Origin: an uncultured Candidatus Saccharibacteria bacterium
GTDB taxonomy: Bacteria; Patescibacteriota; Minisyncoccia; Sungbacterales; HO2-52-23
DNA: 42,437 nt
Direction of reading: 5' to 3'
NCBI GenBank assembly: GCA_964343395.1
Contig: CAYFJB010000003.1
Coordinates: 1-42,437 of the forward strand
Positions 28,512 to 35,827 of the stretch are shown here, one piece after another. Below the pieces are notes generated by a model. That model was not told where the DNA came from. It ran no database searches and worked only from the letters and a program-made list of their open reading frames with translations. Position numbers and translations under genes: made by a program. Every line of letters begins with the position of its first letter. Position 1 is the first letter of the stretch.

Positions 28512-28975
28512 TGCACGCACCACGGCCTCGTACACGCAAAAAAGAAGAGCACTCGTCAACCTACTGGATAGTATTCACAGCCGCGTGCGCGTTCGTGCTT
28601 GGCTGGACGTGGTATGCGACGCGAGGATTGGAACGCGACATCCAATCTTCCATTACCGACCACGTGACCGCACCCCCACAGTCATTGACACGCGCATGGA
28701 TTGAGCTTGATTTCGGCGATGGCCGAAAACGCATTTTTGAGGGCACAGTGGATCACCATCAATACCTTCTCAAACACTCACTTGAAGCCGCGGCAGGAGA
28801 AGCGCGCCTGAAACTTGCATTCCGCGATGGCATACTCATCCGCATAGAGAATACCGGAAATCCTGCGGGTGTATGGAGCATATACCGGAATGGCAAAAGG
28901 ATCACCGATCCCCTCGTAACGTTGATAATTAGAAGAGGAAACCGTTACACATTCAGATTTGAACGGAGCCGGTGA
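28511..28975 (+). CDS. Hypothetical single-pass membrane protein downstream of pilD
   Basis: 154 aa with a basic N-terminus, TM YWIVFTAACAFVLGWTWYA and a small beta-rich ectodomain (..WSIYRNGKRITDPLVTLIIRRGNRYTFRF). The start overlaps the pilD stop (TAATG). Confidence 0.6.
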   Translation: MHAPRPRTRKKEEHSSTYWIVFTAACAFVLGWTWYATRGLERDIQSSITDHVTAPPQSLTRAWIELDFGDGRKRIFEGTVDHHQYLLKHSLEAAAGEARLKLAFRDGILIRIENTGNPAGVWSIYRNGKRITDPLVTLIIRRGNRYTFRFERSR

Positions 28976-28991
28976 ACAGGTCTCCATTGAG

Positions 28992-29011
28992 CAGCTGCAA
29001 GGCTGTTTTTT
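28992..29011 (+). terminator. Weak terminator-like hairpin plus T6 tract before the minor-pilin operon
   Basis: cagc-tgcaag-gctg followed by tttttt. The stem is only 4 bp. Confidence 0.2.
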
Positions 29012-29026
29012 AATCCAATGAATAGG

Positions 29027-29032
29027 TATACT
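29027..29032 (+). promoter_or_regulatory. Putative -10 box (aGGTATACT), 8 nt upstream of the first minor-pilin ATG
   Basis: aatAGGTATACTgaaagtaaATG. Confidence 0.4.
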
Positions 29033-29040
29033 GAAAGTAA

Positions 29041-29613
29041 ATGCGCAACCAAAAATTCAAAAGAGGGTTTACCCTGATTGAAGCAGTGGTAATGCTTGCA
29101 ATCATAACCGCGATCAGCGCGCAGATACTCATCAGCTTCAGCGGACTCGGAGGAGGAGTAGCGCTTCCTCGCGCGGCGCGGGAACTCGCACTGGCACTCC
29201 GTCAGGCGCAGAATATGGCGCTCGCCGTTACCGTGATCCCCGGGACCACCACAAGCGCTCCCGTCGGACTGCGGCTTTCAACCGCCGCGGCAGATGCCCA
29301 ATCATATATGCTTTTTGGCGATATCTTTCCGGATAGGCAGTACCGCACCGACACTACGCCGCCAGACACGACAATACCCGGCTGGCAACGCACATTTGAA
29401 CGGGGTGTCAAGATTGCCTCGCTTAAAGACGGCTCATCCGTTTCATATCCGATGGTACACATACTCTTCGCCGCACCGGAGGCCGTGCTTACCATCACTA
29501 CACAAGATGGAACATTGATCACGAATGATCCATTCACCATTGAATTGCGTACTTCTTCAGGAAACAAAAAAAGTATTGTGGTGCGAACCACCGGACAAAT
29601 CAATATAAAATAA
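29041..29613 (+). CDS. Minor pilin / pseudopilin 1 (GspH/FimT-like)
   Basis: MRNQKFKRG|FTLIEAVVMLAI prepilin motif. ARELALALRQAQNMA is typical of GspH-type pseudopilins. Confidence 0.85.
   Translation: MRNQKFKRGFTLIEAVVMLAIITAISAQILISFSGLGGGVALPRAARELALALRQAQNMALAVTVIPGTTTSAPVGLRLSTAAADAQSYMLFGDIFPDRQYRTDTTPPDTTIPGWQRTFERGVKIASLKDGSSVSYPMVHILFAAPEAVLTITTQDGTLITNDPFTIELRTSSGNKKSIVVRTTGQINIK
29047..29072 (+). repeat. 26-nt identical block (aaccaaaaattcaaaagagggtttac), copy 1 of 4
   Basis: Exact identity with 29656-29681, 30242-30267 and 30829-30854. It encodes NQKFKRGFT of the prepilin leader. Confidence 0.95.
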
Positions 29614-29618
29614 ATTGT

Positions 29619-29640
29619 GGAGATGTAACGCGTTGTAGAC
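29619..29640 (+). promoter_or_regulatory. 22-nt conserved motif, copy A (ggagatGTAACGCGTTGTAGAC)
   Basis: It shares 18-19 of 22 nt with the copies at 31690-31711 and 40122-40143. It ends 9 nt before the ATG at 29650. Confidence 0.5.
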
Positions 29641-29649
29641 ATTTAATAA

Positions 29650-30231
29650 ATGCAAAACCAAAAATTCAAAAGAGGGTTTACCCTGCTTGAAATGGTCATC
29701 TCTATCGGCCTTTTTTCCGTGCTCGTCATCGCATCAATCGGAATTACGCTCGGCGTATCCAATGCCCAACTCAAAGCCGCTTCACTCCAAGTCATCCAAG
29801 ACAATATCCGTTTCAGCATTGAACTCATCACCAAAGAACTCCGGACAGGAACTAACTATCAGGCAGTTGCGTTGGGCTGCCCGGGGATCGTGGGAAACGG
29901 CCTCAGATTTACCAGCATCAATCAGGGTACAGCACAAGAACGATATTATTATCATGCAGACACTGACGGAGACGCCGCACCTGATGCAATCATGCGTGTC
30001 GCAATGGCAAGCACGGGCTCAGTTGACTGCGGACAAACTCGGCAGTTTACCGCAGAAGAGGTCATTGTTGAACAATTTGCCGTAAATCTTCAAGGAACAA
30101 CGAAAGGTGTCAGCGATGGCCAACCTCGCGTCATCATAACCTTGAAGGTTAAAGCAAAGGAAGCGCGATTTGGCGCCGAAACCGCAATGATACTCCAAAC
30201 CACGGTAACCCAGCGGATAAGGGATTTCTAA
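29650..30231 (+). CDS. Minor pilin / pseudopilin 2
   Basis: MQNQKFKRG|FTLLEMVISIGLF prepilin motif. 193 aa. Confidence 0.85.
   Translation: MQNQKFKRGFTLLEMVISIGLFSVLVIASIGITLGVSNAQLKAASLQVIQDNIRFSIELITKELRTGTNYQAVALGCPGIVGNGLRFTSINQGTAQERYYYHADTDGDAAPDAIMRVAMASTGSVDCGQTRQFTAEEVIVEQFAVNLQGTTKGVSDGQPRVIITLKVKAKEARFGAETAMILQTTVTQRIRDF
29656..29681 (+). repeat. 26-nt identical block, copy 2 of 4
   Basis: Exact match to 29047-29072. Confidence 0.95.
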
Positions 30232-30235
30232 TTAA

Positions 30236-30823
30236 ATGCACAACCAAAAATTCAAAAGAGGGTTTACCCTGCTTGAAACTCTTGTTGCGCTCGCGGTTCT
30301 TCTTGCCGCAATAGCAGGACCGGTATCCTTGGTCACGCGCGGAATTTCGAGCTCCTCTTTTTCTAAAAACCGGCTCATCGCAGCACATCTTGGCCAAGAG
30401 GGCATTGAGCTTATACGCCTCATCAGAGAACAGAACATCATGTGCATCGTAAAAGGGGCATCGGGAATAAAATGGGACACTGATTTTGACGGAGTCGGAC
30501 CTCTCTCCGGCGCCGGGTCAAAAACAATTGACGCAACTGACGTCTTCACACGATCGTGCGCGCCGGGGGTCACCATACACAACCCTCGCCGCGGCGGAAA
30601 CTGCGACAACACGACGTTCAGGATCAACTCGTCCGGCTACTATAACTATGTGACGGGCATCCCCACGATTTTTACAAGATGCGTCCAGGTTCTCCAGCCG
30701 CCGGCAAACGAAGGAACTATTCCAAAACAAGATATCATGGACGTTATCTCCAAAGTACAGTGGAATGAAAAAGGAGTAGTGAGGGCTGTTGAGCTCAAAG
30801 AAAGACTTTATAATTGGAAATAA
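30236..30823 (+). CDS. Minor pilin / pseudopilin 3
   Basis: MHNQKFKRG|FTLLETLVALAVL prepilin motif. 195 aa. Confidence 0.85.
   Translation: MHNQKFKRGFTLLETLVALAVLLAAIAGPVSLVTRGISSSSFSKNRLIAAHLGQEGIELIRLIREQNIMCIVKGASGIKWDTDFDGVGPLSGAGSKTIDATDVFTRSCAPGVTIHNPRRGGNCDNTTFRINSSGYYNYVTGIPTIFTRCVQVLQPPANEGTIPKQDIMDVISKVQWNEKGVVRAVELKERLYNWK
30242..30267 (+). repeat. 26-nt identical block, copy 3 of 4
   Basis: Exact match to 29047-29072. Confidence 0.95.
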
Positions 30824-31683
30824 TGCAAAACCAAAAATTCAAAAGAGGGTTTACACTCCTCGAACTCACCATCACCATAAGCATCATCACACTCCTCGGG
30901 ACGCTCGGGCTGGTCTCATTCATTAACTCACGAAATGTCAGGGAACTTGCCACCCAAACGCAGAACCTTGTCTCTCTGCTCCGGCTTGCACAGGCGCGCA
31001 CCCTCGCAGGAGACGGAAATGCGCCTTGGGGAATACATCTTACACAAAACTCCTATACGCTCTTTCGCGGACCCAGTTTTGCAGCCGCATCATTCACCGA
31101 AAACTACCCCGTTCCTCAAAACCTTGAACTTGTTGATACCGCGCTCGCGGGCGGAGGGCCCGATGTTATTTTCAAACGCATCACCGGCGAAACAGACACC
31201 TACGGCACATTCACCGTGCGGGTTCAAAGCAATCACGCCCTTGCTTCCTCCATACGCATTGACCCTTCCGGGAAGGTGTTTCAGACGAGCAGCGTCGGCG
31301 CCATAACAGGAACACGAATTGTTGACGCGCGTCATCGCGAATTTGCGCTCGGCTGGACCATTAAAAACTCAACAACACTCGTCCTCACCTTCAGCGACCC
31401 TCCCAATCCCAACACCATAAAAACCATTGCTATGAACCCTCCTGCCCCTCGTGCGGCGTTTGATTGGTCTGATACCGTAACCGTAGGCGGCCAAAAACAA
31501 ATGCTCCGCGTGCATGCCGCTGCACTCACCGATGCTGATACAATACTGCGCGTAGACCGCGACTGCAGAAAAAATACGAAAAGAGTGAAAATAGAAATTG
31601 ACGCAAAGCACATCGCGACCTTTGAAGAAGACTGCCGCACAATCACGATCGGATCATTTGGAGGAATAATGACGGAGCCGTAA
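30823..31683 (+). CDS. Minor pilin / pseudopilin 4 (GspH/FimT-like, extended C-terminus)
   Basis: MQNQKFKRG|FTLLELTITISIITLLG. I place the start at ATG 30823 (TAATG overlap with the preceding stop). The ORF-track start at 30814 adds MEI in front of the conserved leader. Confidence 0.85.
   Translation: MQNQKFKRGFTLLELTITISIITLLGTLGLVSFINSRNVRELATQTQNLVSLLRLAQARTLAGDGNAPWGIHLTQNSYTLFRGPSFAAASFTENYPVPQNLELVDTALAGGGPDVIFKRITGETDTYGTFTVRVQSNHALASSIRIDPSGKVFQTSSVGAITGTRIVDARHREFALGWTIKNSTTLVLTFSDPPNPNTIKTIAMNPPAPRAAFDWSDTVTVGGQKQMLRVHAAALTDADTILRVDRDCRKNTKRVKIEIDAKHIATFEEDCRTITIGSFGGIMTEP
30829..30854 (+). repeat. 26-nt identical block, copy 4 of 4
   Basis: Exact match to 29047-29072. Confidence 0.95.
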
Positions 31684-31689
31684 TTATAG

Positions 31690-31711
31690 GGAGAGGTAAC
31701 ACGTTGTATAC
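31690..31711 (+). promoter_or_regulatory. 22-nt conserved motif, copy B (ggagagGTAACACGTTGTATAC)
   Basis: It lies 28 nt upstream of the ATG at 31740. See copies A and C. Confidence 0.5.
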
Positions 31712-31739
31712 GTTTTTTCCACTGACGCGTCTCTCATAT

Positions 31740-32732
31740 ATGAAAGGATTCGGCCTCATCGAAATTGTAGTCGTAACCGCAATGATAAGCATCGCGTTCT
31801 TTGGTTTCTCGCAAGCCGGCATTGCCGCGCTCAAGGCCCTGCATGCGGCAAGAACCAACCTTGAAGCGACCTTTATCGCCGAAGAAGCGCTTGAAGCAGT
31901 CCGTTCCCTTCGCGACGAATCGTGGACCACCAATGTGGCACCGCTCGCCAATAACACTCCATATTATCCGATCATAGAGAACGGGAAATGGAAGCTCACA
32001 ACGACCAAACAGCCGCTCATAAACGGCCATTTTAACCGCTTTCTTATATTTGATCAGGTTTTTCGCGACGCCGAAGACCGCATCGCGGTATTGGGCACTG
32101 TGGATCCGGACATGCGCAAGGTGACGGCGACTGCAACAACAACGTCCTCCTCGTTTCAACTCGTGACCTATCTCACCAATTTTCAACGATTCCTAACGCG
32201 GCCTCAAGAAGTAAAAACCGTCTCATTTGAAGATGCATCCACCGATGGCGACCTTGCTAGTTTCCCCTCTAACAATTCGGGCGACGGTGATCCCGCGCAA
32301 TCGTTTACCGCAAGCGCCGCACTTGAGATAACTAAGGCCGAACTTTTTCTCCACCGCATCACTGCCGCACCTTCTGACGTCTATCTCGAGTTGCGCACCA
32401 ATCCTGCAGGAACAGTTCTTGCCTCTTCGCAGATCATCACCGCCTCCACCATCCCCGCATCTTCTTTTACATGGGTGGAATTCCGTTTCCCTGATCATGC
32501 CGCACTTGCACCTTCAACCTTATATACTCTGCGCCTGCGAAGCATCCCGACCTCAACAGACGCCGGATCAGGATCTTCGGGTGTCATCCGTTGGGAATAC
32601 AAACAGACAATCAAAAGTCCCTATGATGGAGGTGATGGCCGCCGCTATATAGGCAGACTCTCCAATCCTTCTGATACAGGACAGCTATTAGATCAGTATG
32701 ATTTTGGATTCAAGGTATATGGCATACAATAA
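31740..32732 (+). CDS. Pilin-like protein 5 with a large C-terminal domain
   Basis: MKG|FGLIEIVVVTAMISIAFFGF prepilin motif, followed by ~300 aa with an unassigned beta-rich C-terminal domain. The ORF-track TTG at 31704 lies inside motif copy B and is probably spurious. Confidence 0.8.
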   Translation: MKGFGLIEIVVVTAMISIAFFGFSQAGIAALKALHAARTNLEATFIAEEALEAVRSLRDESWTTNVAPLANNTPYYPIIENGKWKLTTTKQPLINGHFNRFLIFDQVFRDAEDRIAVLGTVDPDMRKVTATATTTSSSFQLVTYLTNFQRFLTRPQEVKTVSFEDASTDGDLASFPSNNSGDGDPAQSFTASAALEITKAELFLHRITAAPSDVYLELRTNPAGTVLASSQIITASTIPASSFTWVEFRFPDHAALAPSTLYTLRLRSIPTSTDAGSGSSGVIRWEYKQTIKSPYDGGDGRRYIGRLSNPSDTGQLLDQYDFGFKVYGIQ

Positions 32733-33264
32733 AATAGATCTACTGCAAAAAAGTCAAAAAGGAATTTCTCTTGTTGAACTCGTTGTGTACGTCGCCCTGC
32801 TCACGATGTTTACGGTCTTCATTGCAACCTCGCTTCTCTATCTTGTCACAATCTACCGTCGCGCAAGCGCGGAACGCGAAGTGTTGTCCAATGCGCGCCT
32901 CATTCTTGAAACCGTAGGAAAAGAAATATCATCTGCGCAAGAAATTTATGCGCCGACAAGCCGTTTCAATAATGATGCGGGCCAAGTTTCGCTTATCACG
33001 GCCATTGGAGCGCCGCCCGGCGAAAGCGGCCGCTCTGTTGACTTCTGGATCGATAACGGCATATTCCTCACCAGAACCGACGGCTCGGGGGAAAAAATTA
33101 TATCAGCGCCGTCGGTGCGCATCACGAGATTCCGGCCTGAAAGAATTATCCAAGGTCTTGACCGCGAAGCAATAAAATTACTACTGAGCGTTGAATATGA
33201 AAATCCGCGCCTCAACGCTTCAACGACCCTTAATGCAACATTTGCATTGCGGGGAGCCTACTAA
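32719..33264 (+). CDS. Pilin-like protein 6 (PilW/GspJ-like)
   Basis: MAYNKIDLLQKSQKG|ISLVELVVYVALLTMF has Glu at +5. The start at ATG 32719 overlaps the preceding gene by 14 nt. Confidence 0.75.
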   Translation: MAYNKIDLLQKSQKGISLVELVVYVALLTMFTVFIATSLLYLVTIYRRASAEREVLSNARLILETVGKEISSAQEIYAPTSRFNNDAGQVSLITAIGAPPGESGRSVDFWIDNGIFLTRTDGSGEKIISAPSVRITRFRPERIIQGLDREAIKLLLSVEYENPRLNASTTLNATFALRGAY

Positions 33265-33300
33265 AGTATTTACGATCGTAAATACTTTAGTAGGCTCCCC
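33251..33300. repeat. Perfect loop-less 50-bp palindrome spanning the stop codon of pilin-like gene 6
   Basis: ggggagcctactaaagtatttacga|tcgtaaatactttagtaggctcccc. The second half is the exact reverse complement of the first. The TAA stop at 33262-33264 lies in the left arm. Confidence 0.97.
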
Positions 33301-33315
33301 TAAACTTTTAAGATA

Positions 33316-34710
33316 ATGGACACTAGCACTGACAACATTCATTGGATTAAACGGATTTATGAATCCCGCGGCGGCTACGCCGCTCTTACCATTACGTTTC
33401 TTGCAATTGTCATTTCCCTCACCGTGATCGGCGGATTTACTCTTTTTTCATTCCGTGAAGTCGCGGTGACCCGCACTTTTGCGCGATCAGCCGAGTCACG
33501 CGCCATCGCAGAGGGAGGTATTGAGGACGTGATGTATAGAATCCTTGCGCGAAAACAAGTCGCGTCTTCACAAATCATTGCGGTCGGCGCTGGAACCACT
33601 ACGGTGTCTATCACGACCTCCGGAGCAGATCGCATCATCAGGTCCGAGGGCAACCGCGAAGGACGCCAAAGAAATTTTGAAGCGCGGCTCGACATCAAGA
33701 CCACTGACATTTCTTTCCCGCATGCCACTCAAGTCGGCGACGGAGGACTGGACATGAAAAATAACGCGTCGGTGGAGGGCAGTGTGTACTCCAACGGCCC
33801 GGTCACCGGCGCATCAGGAGCAACCATTACCGGCGACGCGTTTGCGGCGGCAACCTCTCAAATTAAGGACGTGCGCGTCAACGGAAACGCGCAGGCGTAT
33901 CTTATTGATAATGCGACTGTGGACGGATACGCCTCATCAACCACGAAACTTGACGATGTTACTGTCGGAAAAGATGCGCATGCCTATGAACTGGACGACA
34001 CTACCGTAGCGCGAGACGCATACTATACCGTCATTGATGGCACAAGCGTGGTTTCCGGCACAAAATTCCCCGGCAACCCCGGCCCAGCCGCGCTCTCTAA
34101 ACTTCCCATGCCTATCCCCGCGTCTGTTATCGCAGACTGGAAAACCGAAGCCGCGGCAGGGGGCGTGTGCGCTCCGCCGCAATGCGATAGCGGGGGCAAT
34201 CTCAAAGTTACCAACGGCGATTCTCTTGCCATAGGTCCCATAAAAATCCCCGGAAAACTGGAGTTGGATAACGGCGCGGTTCTGACGCTCAACGGCATAG
34301 TGTGGGTCGCCGGGGATGTTATTCTTTCCAATAACTGCATCGTCAACTTGAGTTCCGGGTACGGAAGTATGTCGGGCGTCATTATCACCGATGGAAAAGT
34401 TGTCATCTCCAACAAATGCGCCTTCTCCGGATCAGGCAATCCTTCAAGTTACATCATGCTCCTTACCGACAAAAATTCTCCTTCCGAAGAAATAATGACC
34501 ATAGACAATAATTCCGTTGGGATGATCTACTATGCGGCCCGCGGCTGGATCAAATTTTCCAACAACGCCATTGCGAAACAAGCAACCGCGAACGGCATCC
34601 GGCTGGATAATAATGCAAAACTTATATATGAAATTGGCCTTCAAAATGCAAAGTTCTCCTCGGGCCCCAAAGGCGGATATGCTCTCATACATTGGAAAGA
34701 AGTGGAGTAG
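33316..34710 (+). CDS. PilX-N-like membrane-anchored protein with beta-helix-like repeats (candidate pilus tip/adhesin)
   Basis: The N-terminal hydrophobic segment YAALTITFLAIVISLTVIGGF followed by ..AESRAIAEGGIEDVMYRI resembles PilX N-terminal regions. The central region has ~17-18 aa repeats rich in D/N/G/V (VRVNGNAQAYLIDNATVDGYASSTTKLDDVTVGKDAHAYELDDTTVARDAYY). 464 aa. Confidence 0.65.
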   Translation: MDTSTDNIHWIKRIYESRGGYAALTITFLAIVISLTVIGGFTLFSFREVAVTRTFARSAESRAIAEGGIEDVMYRILARKQVASSQIIAVGAGTTTVSITTSGADRIIRSEGNREGRQRNFEARLDIKTTDISFPHATQVGDGGLDMKNNASVEGSVYSNGPVTGASGATITGDAFAAATSQIKDVRVNGNAQAYLIDNATVDGYASSTTKLDDVTVGKDAHAYELDDTTVARDAYYTVIDGTSVVSGTKFPGNPGPAALSKLPMPIPASVIADWKTEAAAGGVCAPPQCDSGGNLKVTNGDSLAIGPIKIPGKLELDNGAVLTLNGIVWVAGDVILSNNCIVNLSSGYGSMSGVIITDGKVVISNKCAFSGSGNPSSYIMLLTDKNSPSEEIMTIDNNSVGMIYYAARGWIKFSNNAIAKQATANGIRLDNNAKLIYEIGLQNAKFSSGPKGGYALIHWKEVE

Positions 34711-34714
34711 GCAG

Positions 34715-34720
34715 TACACT
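34715..34720 (+). promoter_or_regulatory. Putative -10 box (GTACACT), 6 nt upstream of the pilM2 ATG
   Basis: gcaGTACACTataaacATG. Compare TGGTACACT upstream of gpmI. Confidence 0.4.
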
Positions 34721-34726
34721 ATAAAC

Positions 34727-35827
34727 ATGGGAATCCTCCAACGAATCGGATCATGGATACGGCCTTTTGTACACATTCCTGCCACTGGCCTTGATATTTC
34801 AGACCGCGCAATCAAGTATCTCAAACTCGGCGCGGGCGATCCGTTCTCTGTAGATGCGTACGGCGAACTCGAAATCCCCGAGGGCGCGATCAGCGAAGGA
34901 GATATCAAAAATGCGGATGCGGTTTCGGCAATCCTCTCCTCGTGGTACCGCCGTGAAAAACATACGCTCAAGACACGATTTGTGTCGGCATCTCTCCCGG
35001 AACAGAAAGGATTCGTGCGTCTAGTACAACTTTCCAAAGTGAAGCCCGAAGAAATCCGCGATGCGATCCGATTTGAAATTGAGGGAACAATTCCTCTCCC
35101 GCTTGAAGAAACGCTCTACGACTATGAAGTCATTGAACCCCTCCAGGACCACCTTGACCACATTGACCTTGCCGTTACCGCATTTCCAAAAACCGTGATT
35201 AATTCGTATGTCGGGGCAATCAAAAATGCGGGGCTCAAACCCTATGCGCTTGAACTGGAATCCCACGCGCTGCTGCGCGCCTGCGCATTCGGCAGGGAAC
35301 GAGCAAGCGCTCTCGTCATTGATATTGGCCGCACCAGAACGAATCTGGTCATACACTCCGCAGGAGCCGCCATTTTCACTTCCACAATTCCTTTTGGGGG
35401 ACAGCTCATGGAAGATGCATTGACAAAAACTCTCGGCATCACACCAGACGAAGCTTGTGATCTCAAAGTACGAGTCGGGCTTGACAGGAAAGAGCGTGGA
35501 GGAACTATTTTTTCCGCGCTCGTCCCTTCAATTGCGGCACTTGCTGATGAGGCGCAGCGCGCGATTGAATACTACCAAAATCACGCGCTCCATGCGCACG
35601 GCGCAGATCCTTTCATCAACCGTATTGTGCTCGCCGGCGGAGATGCGAATCTTAACGGCCTTGATACCTATCTTGCCGCGGTACTGCGCGTGCGCGTGCT
35701 GCGTCAAGACCCCTTTGCGTCGTTCAGGACGCGCATGACACAGGCAGTACCGCCCCTCTCGCGGCATGAATCCCTCGCATTTACGCATGCATTCGGACTC
35801 GCCCTTAAATCCTATGGCTACCTCTAA
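34727..35827 (+). CDS. pilM: Type IV pilus assembly protein PilM, set 2
   Basis: GLDISDRAIKYLKL, a PilM-type layout and VLAGGDANLNG. I place the start at ATG 34727. The ORF-track start at 34532 overlaps the upstream gene. Confidence 0.85.
   Translation: MGILQRIGSWIRPFVHIPATGLDISDRAIKYLKLGAGDPFSVDAYGELEIPEGAISEGDIKNADAVSAILSSWYRREKHTLKTRFVSASLPEQKGFVRLVQLSKVKPEEIRDAIRFEIEGTIPLPLEETLYDYEVIEPLQDHLDHIDLAVTAFPKTVINSYVGAIKNAGLKPYALELESHALLRACAFGRERASALVIDIGRTRTNLVIHSAGAAIFTSTIPFGGQLMEDALTKTLGITPDEACDLKVRVGLDRKERGGTIFSALVPSIAALADEAQRAIEYYQNHALHAHGADPFINRIVLAGGDANLNGLDTYLAAVLRVRVLRQDPFASFRTRMTQAVPPLSRHESLAFTHAFGLALKSYGYL

Noticed and set aside
29041-30860. Regularly spaced ~40-nt repeats about 590 nt apart, considered as a possible CRISPR-like or cassette array.
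   Set aside because: The spacing equals gene length, and the repeats are the conserved 5' ends (leader peptides) of four pilin genes. No short spacers and no cas genes are present.
34532-34726. N-terminal extensions in the ORF track: 34532 for pilM2, 35766 for pilN2, 38407 for comM, 27663 for pilD, 31704 and 30814 for pilins, 16446 for receiver 1, 15171 for the aminotransferase.
   Set aside because: The extensions overlap upstream genes or predicted promoter boxes and add non-homologous residues ahead of conserved N-termini (NLLP, prepilin leaders, the MPVTVHSAQL ComM start). Internal ATGs with a better context were chosen.
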